Below, piece after piece: positions 54,130 through 62,627 of a stretch of DNA of 64,000 bases. The position numbers and the translations under genes were made by a program. Source of the stretch: an uncultured beta proteobacterium (lineage in GTDB: Bacteria; Pseudomonadota; Gammaproteobacteria; Burkholderiales; Gallionellaceae); the NCBI GenBank assembly GCA_963725835.1, contig CAVSAB010000007.1, positions 25,910 to 89,909 of the forward strand. The letters are read 5' to 3'. Below the pieces are notes generated by a model that searched no databases, was not told the origin of the DNA, and was given only the letters and a program-made list of their open reading frames with translations. The stretch's first letter is position 1; each line of letters starts with the position of its first letter.

Positions 54130-54152
54130 TACATGTATTATGCGTACATGTT
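54130..54152. promoter_or_regulatory. NsrR-type operator in the divergent hemerythrin/DUF2249 promoter
   Basis: TACATGTATTA-T-GCGTACATGTT; left arm identical to the 47888 box. Confidence 0.65.
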
Positions 54153-54227
54153 AATCATGTGTGCGTTACTCGCGGCATGATTCGCATACGGTTCGTCACA
54201 TACATATTTCTATCCAAGGAATCCAAA

Positions 54228-54488
54228 ATGACACATGCTTGCTCCAACACTATTTCCTCAGACTTGCGTTATCCGTTTGATGCGCGCGGTGTTGCAAAAC
54301 GCTTTCGTCACGCCGCGATCTTTGGCGCACTGGACGCGCTGAATCCGGGTGAGACCATGGTCTTCGTCAACGACCACGATCCATTGCCGTTGCTGGCCCA
54401 GCTGACCCAGCGTTACGGTGAAAACATCGCAATCAATTATGTCGCCCGCGAACCGGGACAAATCGTCATCAACTTCACACGCAAATAA
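54228..54488 (+). CDS. DUF2249 family protein
   Basis: FDARGVAKRFRHAAIFGALDAL, NDHDPLPLL; AAGGA RBS. Confidence 0.85.
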   Translation: MTHACSNTISSDLRYPFDARGVAKRFRHAAIFGALDALNPGETMVFVNDHDPLPLLAQLTQRYGENIAINYVAREPGQIVINFTRK

Positions 54489-54694
54489 ACCATCCTCTGG
54501 CATGGCAACCTTGTTAGCGTTTGCTGTGTGCCAGCCAGACCGCTGTGAGCTCGAATCATTGCCCGCATCACCTGTTCACCCGGCACACACCATGAACAGC
54601 AAGTAGTGGATAACTGTCTGCGGCGCTTCCATGAACAAGGGAATGAATTCTCGATCTGAATCTTTGACAGCTTCTTGACTGCGGAGGATTAACT

Positions 54695-55135
54695 ATGGAA
54701 CCTAAACCCATATGGCGGATGGATTGGGATGAAAGTCTAAGTATGAACATCCCGGAGATAGATGCGGAGCACCAGCACTTCATCCGGCTTGTCAACGAAC
54801 TGAATGAGGCCATCATCGAGCGCATGAATAAGAAGGAGATCAAAAGCCGTATGCGAGCCATTCTGGATGATGCGGTGATGCACTTTGCCCATGAGGAGGC
54901 AATGTTCAAGGAGTGGGGCTACCCGCATGCGGAAGAGCATGCGAAGAAACATGCGCAGATCATCTTTTTCTTGAACGAGATCATGGAAGGTATTGACCAC
55001 GGCAGGATGGCGCACGGGTGGCTCGAAGCTGGGCTGGCAATGAAACAAGTATTGATCCAGCACCTCTTGAATGAAGACACAAAGTACCGCGATTACCATT
55101 TGGCGCAAGGTCAGCAATCTCGTTCGATGACCTGA
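54695..55135 (+). CDS. Bacteriohemerythrin
   Basis: IDAEHQ, HFAHEE, YPHAEEHAKKH, HLLNED. Confidence 0.9.
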   Translation: MEPKPIWRMDWDESLSMNIPEIDAEHQHFIRLVNELNEAIIERMNKKEIKSRMRAILDDAVMHFAHEEAMFKEWGYPHAEEHAKKHAQIIFFLNEIMEGIDHGRMAHGWLEAGLAMKQVLIQHLLNEDTKYRDYHLAQGQQSRSMT

Positions 55136-55158
55136 TACTTGAACCCCAGCACCTAGAT

Positions 55159-56331
55159 ATGGAAAATAGAATATATCTGCCTGCACATCCGCTCTGGCTG
55201 GTCGGCTTTCGACCGTTCTTTGCACTGGCGATTTTATCGGGATTGAGTCTGCCGGTTTTGTGGGCATTGATTCATTCGGGTGGGATCGCCGCGCCGCAGA
55301 CTACGTTTACGATGGTGCAGTGGCACGCCCATGAAATGTTCTTCGGCTTCGGCTGGGCGGTTCTGGGCGGTTTCCTGCTGACCTCAACCAAGAACTGGGT
55401 CGGGGTGCGCGGCTACCACGGTTACGCGCTGATGTTCCTGGCGGCGGCATGGTTGTTCGAAAGGGCCGGGATGTGGTTCGGGGGAGTCTGGCCGCCGCTG
55501 TTGTTCCGGATCTCCAACAACCTGTTCATTGCGGCCATCGTTGCGATGCTGATGTGGACGCTGATACGCAACCGCAAGGACGACTCCTACCGCGACAACT
55601 ATTTCCTGTTGCTGATCCTCCCGGTTTTTCTGCTGGCCAAGAACCTGATGCTCAGCGCCGATTACTACCAGATCGGCTGGAGCATGGCGGTGGGACTGTT
55701 TCGCATGGCCTTTCTGGTGATGCTGGAGCGAACGTTGACCCAATTCATGAAGGGCGTTTTTCAGGTTTCGATCTTGAATCATCCGCTGCTGAACAGGACG
55801 ATCAAGATGCTCGGACTGCTGCTGGTGTTCGCCAGCCTGATGCCGCCGCAACTGTCAGGCTGGATCGCACTGCTGCTCGCGCTTCTGCTGGCAGGCCGCT
55901 TCATTTACTGGAAGCCACAACTGGCGATGCAGCGGCTCGATATCGGCATCATGTATCTGGGTTACCTGGCGCTCGTCTCACAACTGCTGATCGAATTTCT
56001 CAGGCAGATCGTCCATCCCGAATGGGCGGTATCCGTTTCCATCCATGTCTTTACCTTCGGCGTGATGGGCCTGATCATTCCCGCGATGCTGATCAGAATA
56101 GCCAAGGGGCACACGGGCAGAAAGGTGGTTTTCGACACGCTCGACAAATTCGCTCTGTGGGTGATGATGTTGGCATTTGTATTTCGCATCATCGCACCGC
56201 AAGTTTATCCGGCAGGCTACACACTCTGGATTTACCTCGCGGCGTCGTGCTGGTTCATCTGCTTTGCGATGCTCGCATGGCGGTATATCCCATTCCTGAT
56301 GCAGCCACGCGTCGATGGCAAGGAGCATTAG
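55159..56331 (+). CDS. nnrS: NnrS family protein
   Basis: GFRPFF, WHAHEMFFGF, GFLLT..NW, HTGR, PRVDG. Confidence 0.92.
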   Translation: MENRIYLPAHPLWLVGFRPFFALAILSGLSLPVLWALIHSGGIAAPQTTFTMVQWHAHEMFFGFGWAVLGGFLLTSTKNWVGVRGYHGYALMFLAAAWLFERAGMWFGGVWPPLLFRISNNLFIAAIVAMLMWTLIRNRKDDSYRDNYFLLLILPVFLLAKNLMLSADYYQIGWSMAVGLFRMAFLVMLERTLTQFMKGVFQVSILNHPLLNRTIKMLGLLLVFASLMPPQLSGWIALLLALLLAGRFIYWKPQLAMQRLDIGIMYLGYLALVSQLLIEFLRQIVHPEWAVSVSIHVFTFGVMGLIIPAMLIRIAKGHTGRKVVFDTLDKFALWVMMLAFVFRIIAPQVYPAGYTLWIYLAASCWFICFAMLAWRYIPFLMQPRVDGKEH

Positions 56332-56371
56332 GCGAAAATGTGACGAACTGAACAAGTACCGCCACAACTTT

Positions 56372-57907
56372 TCAACCACCCGAACCCCGTTGCAGACTGG
56401 AGCGAAACGACTCCAGTTCAGATTCCAATTCCTTGAAATCGCCCGAAGAAGCCCAGAATTGCCTGATGCGTTCGCGATCGGCGCGGCTGCGCAGGCGCGG
56501 CTCCCGTTCTGCAGTCAGGCGCCGCTCAGTCCACAGCACACCCAGACGGTGGTAGCAATCGTTCTCGCGACAACCGGTGATCAATACGCCTTCGACATGA
56601 TGCTCGTGCAATGCATATTCAATAAAGGATGGCGGCAACATGGCAATACAGGGCAGGCTTAATACGGCCACACTTTCACTGCGCAATTTCTCAATATTCG
56701 CTGCCATATCGCAGCCGAAAACCATGATGCGAACATCACCCTCAAGCTTGGCCAACTCATTCATCATGGCAGTGCGCAGCGCGGATATCGGCAGCGATGG
56801 CATTTCGATCCCGCTTACATATCCAGCTTCGCCCCTGAAAGCGTTTGAAGAGGGGCATGCCCCGACGCAAATGCCGCAACTCACGCAACGATCCGCTACG
56901 ACCACCGCTTCTTCCTTAAAGGGAATGCCGTCGCTGCGCGGCCGCATCACTACCGCCTCATAGGGACAATCGGCGACGCACAGCCTGCATCCGCTGCATT
57001 CCTTGAGATTCACTTCGGCAACCGGTATCTGCTTATGTCTGGTTGGCAGCCACGGCAACACGCAGAGCAGCACGCTGACTCCGATCACCAGCGCCCATAC
57101 CTGCCCTGCCGGCAATATATCCAGCAACGGATAAATAAACAAATAAAACCAGTCGATCTCGAGCTTACCCGGCTCAATCCCCATATCTGCCGGCCCCTGG
57201 CTCAGCACCGGCTTTACCAATGCCAGAATCAGCAGCGCCAGCAACGTCCCCAGCACAAGCGCACGCTTGGGATTAACCACGGGCTTGCTGATGCGCATGA
57301 TATGTATCCAGAGAACAAACAGGATAACCAGCGGAACTGTGACATGTGCAAACGATATCAGCGAAAAGAAACGGTCATTGAGCACTTCCTGCGAAATGAA
57401 GCTTTGCGACATCGGTACACTGAATATCGGCAACCAGTCGAACCACTCCATGGTAGCGACGACGGAATATTGAGCCAGCTTGTCCCATACCATCCAGTAA
57501 CCATTGATGCCGGCAGCAAATATCAACCATATCAGCAGCACACCGGTGACCCAGGCAAACCATCGTGCTCCGCGATAGCGTCCCAGAATGTATTCGCGCA
57601 AAAGATGCAGCACCATGACCACGACCAGCGCATCGGAAGCATAGCGGTGCAGGCTGCGCATGACACCGCCGAGATACCATTGCTCGTGCGTGATATATTC
57701 AACAGAGGGATAGGATAATTCAATGCCAGTCTTATAAAAGGCATAGATATAGGCGCCGCTGACAACGACCACCCAGAAGAAATAGAATCCCAGCGCACCA
57801 AGATGGTAAAAAGGGTTGAGATCATTGCCAAAAATGTTATTCAGGATACCTTCGAACCGAAGCAGTATCCTGCGCACGAATGATTCATTAGGAAGAGGTG
57901 TAATCAA
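56372..57907 (-). CDS. Cytochrome b/b6 fused to 2x[4Fe-4S] ferredoxin and MvhD/FlpD [2Fe-2S] domain
   Basis: SLHRY, VLHLL, FAHV, WIHI; CSGCRLCVADCP, CVSCGICVGACP; FGC, LPC, GCRENDCYH. Confidence 0.88.
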   Translation of the reverse strand: MITPLPNESFVRRILLRFEGILNNIFGNDLNPFYHLGALGFYFFWVVVVSGAYIYAFYKTGIELSYPSVEYITHEQWYLGGVMRSLHRYASDALVVVMVLHLLREYILGRYRGARWFAWVTGVLLIWLIFAAGINGYWMVWDKLAQYSVVATMEWFDWLPIFSVPMSQSFISQEVLNDRFFSLISFAHVTVPLVILFVLWIHIMRISKPVVNPKRALVLGTLLALLILALVKPVLSQGPADMGIEPGKLEIDWFYLFIYPLLDILPAGQVWALVIGVSVLLCVLPWLPTRHKQIPVAEVNLKECSGCRLCVADCPYEAVVMRPRSDGIPFKEEAVVVADRCVSCGICVGACPSSNAFRGEAGYVSGIEMPSLPISALRTAMMNELAKLEGDVRIMVFGCDMAANIEKLRSESVAVLSLPCIAMLPPSFIEYALHEHHVEGVLITGCRENDCYHRLGVLWTERRLTAEREPRLRSRADRERIRQFWASSGDFKELESELESFRSSLQRGSGG

Positions 57908-58022
57908 TTCGGAGCCCTCGAATCACAACCAACAGCAGCACGGCTGAAATATGCGATTGATTCGGTCCCTTCGAAGTCTGATGGCATAATAGAATAGTTG
58001 TTCTGGAAATATATTTGGAGGA

Positions 58023-58226
58023 TTGAACTTGGAAGTCATCTACTACACTCTGGTGGCCGCCGGCCTCTACTTCATGTCCGACTGGATACTTGATCGCATA
58101 GAAATCTCACGTGGAGAACGATTTCAAAATCGCGGTATACGCAGTCTCGTTTTCTTTTTGATTATTTTGTTACTGGCATTTATCACATTCGGTTTTATAA
58201 ATTATCTTGTACATTCATCGGAATAG
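58023..58226 (+). CDS. Small 2-TM hypothetical protein
   Basis: GGAGG RBS with TTG start; LYFMSDWILDRIE, RSLVFF. Confidence 0.7.
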   Translation: MNLEVIYYTLVAAGLYFMSDWILDRIEISRGERFQNRGIRSLVFFLIILLLAFITFGFINYLVHSSE

Positions 58227-58363
58227 AAGAGACCAGTTATTAACAAGCCCCTCTTAAACGTTTTGAAATTATAGGAGTGGCTTCAAAACTCACGTGCAAT
58301 CAGTCAGGAGTTTCCCCTTGGCGTTATATAGCAGGAAGGCCCGCCACATCGCTACCGATGCGG

Positions 58364-59062
58364 TTACTGCACCGAAATATATTCGGCCAACGCCTCGAGA
58401 TCCGAATCGCTTAGAGATCTGACTATCCTGTTCATTATTTCGTTCGGGCTGTTGTCACGATCATCATTCTTGAAATCCGTGAGTTGTTTCAAAAGATAGG
58501 CCTTGTGCTGACCGCCAATCACAGGAAACATCGGTGTGTCGAGAAACAGTCCTTTGCCGCCGGCACCGTGGCAATGAACACAGGCCATCACCATCTGAGA
58601 TAAGTTGCCTTTCAAAAATATATTCTTGCCTGCTTCGTTGGGCGCCGATCCGTTTCCCTTCATGGTTGGCTGATTGGCGAAGTAAGCCGCGATGTCTTCC
58701 ATATCCCTTTCACTAAGGGTCGCTGCCATCGCGTTCATGATTTCGTGCGAGCGTATGCCGGCCTGGTAATTGCGCAGTTGTTTTATGATGTATGTATCGT
58801 ATTGTCCGGCAAGCTTCGGAATCTGCTCATCGGTGCTGTTGCCGTCCACACCATGACAACCCTGGCAGTCCTGAGATTTCACCTTGCCGGCGACCGGGTC
58901 GCCGTTGCCAGTACGCGACTTGATCGTATCCGCGCGTTTATCAATAGCGGCAGCAGGTTCCGTGAGAAGATCCGTGTTGCCGCGTCGAGCACACGCTGAC
59001 GTGGCAGCAAGCAGAACGGCCAAGGCAAACCAGGCCGCCATGTTGTTTTTGACGTAGATCAT
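58364..59062 (-). CDS. Diheme cytochrome c4
   Basis: CQGCH, CVHCH, PKLAGQ, IGGQH. Confidence 0.92.
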   Translation of the reverse strand: MIYVKNNMAAWFALAVLLAATSACARRGNTDLLTEPAAAIDKRADTIKSRTGNGDPVAGKVKSQDCQGCHGVDGNSTDEQIPKLAGQYDTYIIKQLRNYQAGIRSHEIMNAMAATLSERDMEDIAAYFANQPTMKGNGSAPNEAGKNIFLKGNLSQMVMACVHCHGAGGKGLFLDTPMFPVIGGQHKAYLLKQLTDFKNDDRDNSPNEIMNRIVRSLSDSDLEALAEYISVQ

Positions 59063-59159
59063 GTCATTCTCCTCATGTCACTTGCTACACGAATACGCTG
59101 ATGTTTGCACAAGTGCGAACATGAAACGATTTTTAGTCTTGTGCTAAGTAAAGCAAGGT

Positions 59160-59880
59160 TCATGGTGTCATACTTTGAACAGTGGACAGGAACGCGGCGA
59201 TGTCCGCGATGTTCTCATCGCTGAGCTTTTTCGCTATCCTCCGCATGATTCCGAATTTATCGACCATCGGATCATTCGCCCGACTGTCGTCGCGAAAACT
59301 GTTCAACTGATTCACCAGATAGACGTATTTTTGCTGGTGGATAGCCGGGATGTTCGGTGCCCGCCCGCTAAACCCGTGGCAATCCTGGCATGCAGGAACC
59401 AGCGGTTTGATCCCCTTGGTCACAATGAGTATTCCCTTGTTCGGATCGCCGACTTTGGTTCCGTCGGCGGCGAGCGCCTTAAGGTCGGATGACTCAGTTT
59501 CATATTGCAATGAGTCCAGATATGCAGCCACATCGCGGCGGTCTTGTTCGCTCAGCGCCTTGGCAATACCATTCATTGCCGCTCCCACACCGGACGCGGA
59601 TACGCTTATCTGCGGCAAAATCATCAAGTTGCTTCAGCATATATAACTGGCCGATATTTGCAAGACGAGGCGCGGCCATCGCATCCATGCCCAACGCTTT
59701 TTCGCCATGGCAGCCAGCGCAAGCGGTCGCGTCGCCTTTGCCTTCGTTGTAGATCGTTTGACCATTGTTGATATCTGCACGAATGTGCGCAACTGCATCC
59801 CCCGCAAAAACCGCCTGGGATTGCAGTACGGCAGCGGACAGCAACAACCAAGACGAAAACATGAATGTTGATTTGCGCAT
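59160..59880 (-). CDS. Diheme cytochrome c4-like (frameshift near 59600)
   Basis: CAGCH, PRLA then CQDCH, QQKYVYLVNQL. Confidence 0.88.
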
Positions 59881-59954
59881 ATTATCTCCCTGGGATCTTC
59901 AGAAAATAAACTCTGAAGTTACGACCAAAGCGCGGCTTCGCCAAAAATGCATTG

Positions 59955-60660
59955 TTATAGTCCGGAAATATAATCTGCCAACGCATCGAGTTCGGCATCG
60001 CTCAATCTGTGCACGGTTATATTCATCACGCCGCCCGGGCTGTTGTTGCGTTCGCCTTTCCTGAATTTCAAAAGTTGTGCAAGCAGATATTCCTTGTGTT
60101 GTCCGCCTATCACGGGATAGACCGGGTTGCCAGGGTTTTGGCCCTTGCCAGTGTCGCCATGGCAATTCCTGCAACGCACCATCATTCTGGACAGGTCGTC
60201 ATTCTCAAACAGTTTCTTGCCAAGCTTGTTGTCGGACGGGTGAGCACCTTTCATCATCGGTCTGGCTGGCAAAATATGCGGAGATATCAGCGAGATCTTC
60301 GTCGCTGACTGATGCTGCCATCGCGCTCATGATCTCGTTTGTGCGGACGCTGTCCTGGTAATTGCGGACCTGCTTTGCGATGTATATTCCGTATTGGCCG
60401 GCAAGCTTGGGAATCAGAGGTTGTGTGCTGTTGCCGTCTTCACCGTGGCAGCCAAAGCACAACGCGGCCTTGCTCATGCCGGCGGCCGGGTCTCCCGGGC
60501 CGATGCGCAATTTGGTTTCATCAGCGAATTGCTTATCGGCGGATTCCTGGGAAGAGGGTTGTTGCGATGCCGAGTTACCATTTTCTGCGAACACTACTGC
60601 GGACGAAAACACAACGACCAACGCGAGGCAAACGGAAATGATATTGTTACAGTGAATCAT
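59955..60660 (-). CDS. Diheme cytochrome c4 (frameshift near 60260)
   Basis: CFGCH, PKLAGQY then CRNCH, YPVIGGQH. Confidence 0.88.
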
Positions 60661-60693
60661 GTCATTCTCCTCATGTCATTAAGTTAACCCGAG

Positions 60694-62088
60694 TTATTTC
60701 AACCGACGCAGTGCTTTGAACACCACTATCAGAAACATGATCCCCCCAACAACGGCTATCAATCCCCCAAAACCCATCAATCCCATACCCGCTTTCTGTG
60801 CGAAGCCATGCAGTACTTGCTCCGTTCCAGCAACCTTGCGCTGTACGCCATAACCACCTGACCACAGCAAGCCGAGTATATGGAGCAGTTGTCCCGAACC
60901 ATATACGTAAGGCGTAAGTGTTGCCCATTTCAAATCCGGCTCACGATAGCCGAGGCGTGGCAACAAATGAAAGGTCAGCCCCATGAAGGCCAGACTGATT
61001 GCCCCTCCGGTTCCGTGATAGTGTGCAGTAATGATAGTGTTACTGTCCTTGATCATCAGGCTTATCCCGCCGCCCATGGCAAACAAGAGCAAGGAGCACA
61101 GCAGTGCCGCGCGTTGGGGACCTGTAGTTCGAGTGCGGTCGCCCACCACGATTCCGTAAAGAACTGCCAGACCGATAGGCACGGGTCCAAAAGCGCCGCC
61201 AATCTTCATCAACTGGGTGAACTGTCCCATGTAGTCACTCATCGCGCCGGCAAAGGACAGGTAGATAACGGGAACATACAATACCGGCAACAGCACCAGC
61301 GTCAGGAGGATAGTCGTTACCCGTGGGGTCAGCGGGATTTTCGCGCCACAGGCATCTGCCAACCACAGCCAACCGGTCAGCATCAACAGCAGATAGGTGA
61401 ATTGCAGCACATGCCCGCCACCCCAGAATAGAAGATCATAATATTGCGTGACGTCGTAGGTGCCGGGAATCATCATGTATGACCAGCCAAAGGCAGCCAG
61501 TGCGAACAGCGTGGAAATCGCAGCAGCAAAAAAGCCGATACGTATCGATCCTTCCGCTCCCCGCCACAGATTTGCAGCGGGCACCGAGATCAAGCTGCGA
61601 AACACCAGCAATGCCAAGCCAACAGCAACAACGATCAAGCCTGTCATAAAGAAAGTGCTATGAATGACCGGCACATAATTACTCATCACCGGTATGCCTG
61701 TCTCAACAAAAGGAGACAAGACGATCATCGTGGCGCCAACGGCCGACAGCACCAGGGCCAGCCAGCCTATGCCAAGATATACGGATGAGGAATTCAAGCT
61801 CCACAACACGCCGGCGAATGCCAGGAACCACAGCAGTACCGACAGATCGACATGCACAACGAGAGCGGTATGAAAAAAGTCGGCCCAGGGGAAGATATCC
61901 TGAACATAGGGCGTGCGCGCAAGTACCAGAAGAATGGCGAACAGCCCGGCACCCACCAGCGATGCCATGCCGAGCCATAACCAGCCGGAAGCCAATCTGA
62001 GGCTGGCATCCGACGGCATCGAAAGCGCGAATCCGCGCTCACTCCTGCCATCTGTTTTGATAGCTGCTTGCTGAAGTATTGAACTCAT
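60694..62088 (-). CDS. Divergent heme-copper oxidase subunit I-like protein
   Basis: About 12 TM; VVHVD, FWGGGHVLQF, AHYHG, GVQRK; no helix VII His-His pair. Confidence 0.8.
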   Translation of the reverse strand: MSSILQQAAIKTDGRSERGFALSMPSDASLRLASGWLWLGMASLVGAGLFAILLVLARTPYVQDIFPWADFFHTALVVHVDLSVLLWFLAFAGVLWSLNSSSVYLGIGWLALVLSAVGATMIVLSPFVETGIPVMSNYVPVIHSTFFMTGLIVVAVGLALLVFRSLISVPAANLWRGAEGSIRIGFFAAAISTLFALAAFGWSYMMIPGTYDVTQYYDLLFWGGGHVLQFTYLLLMLTGWLWLADACGAKIPLTPRVTTILLTLVLLPVLYVPVIYLSFAGAMSDYMGQFTQLMKIGGAFGPVPIGLAVLYGIVVGDRTRTTGPQRAALLCSLLLFAMGGGISLMIKDSNTIITAHYHGTGGAISLAFMGLTFHLLPRLGYREPDLKWATLTPYVYGSGQLLHILGLLWSGGYGVQRKVAGTEQVLHGFAQKAGMGLMGFGGLIAVVGGIMFLIVVFKALRRLK

Positions 62089-62097
62089 CCTTTGTCC

Positions 62098-62616
62098 TCA
62101 GGTTGCATTTTTGTTCTTGAAAATAAATCCGCCCTTTGCCGCATCGAAATCAATCACCATGATGCGCCCCGGAGCAAGCTTCACTGTTTCCTCATGCGTA
62201 AAGTTAAAACCATCCCCGTCATGATCCCTGAGACGCGCCTTCAGGATGTGAATGCCCGCCTTGACCGGGATGCGCCGGTAAATATTCGAATTGCTGCTGT
62301 GCGCCCAGCCGGTTGGCCGCAATATCTCGTGATAGAGTTGTTTGCCATCCATTTCCAGTTCAACGACCACATCGGCACGCTCGCGCGGGCATTCCTTGGT
62401 CGCTTTGCGCTGGTATGAAGGCAATTTGGCGAGTTCTTCAGGGCTAAGTTCGCGACACTCGCCTTTGATCTGTCCGGCATGACTGAAACTCAGTTTGATC
62501 AACGTCTCATCCGGTGGCAGATGGGTATATACCGGTGAGGTGGAGAAAAAGCCGATCACCGTTACGAACAGAGCATAAAACAATCCCTGCCCCAGGTATT
62601 GCAATGACTTAGTCAT
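62098..62616 (-). CDS. Membrane-anchored hypothetical protein of the cytochrome b cluster
   Basis: N-terminal TM; KLSFSHAG, two Cys (GECRE, ECPRER), beta-rich C-terminus. Confidence 0.75.
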   Translation of the reverse strand: MTKSLQYLGQGLFYALFVTVIGFFSTSPVYTHLPPDETLIKLSFSHAGQIKGECRELSPEELAKLPSYQRKATKECPRERADVVVELEMDGKQLYHEILRPTGWAHSSNSNIYRRIPVKAGIHILKARLRDHDGDGFNFTHEETVKLAPGRIMVIDFDAAKGGFIFKNKNAT

Positions 62617-62627
62617 GCGTCACTCCC

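Noticed and set aside
60694-62088. Calling this gene ccoN, norB or coxA
   Set aside because: It lacks the helix VII His-His pair and has no adjacent ccoO/norC/coxB, so no canonical symbol is supportable.
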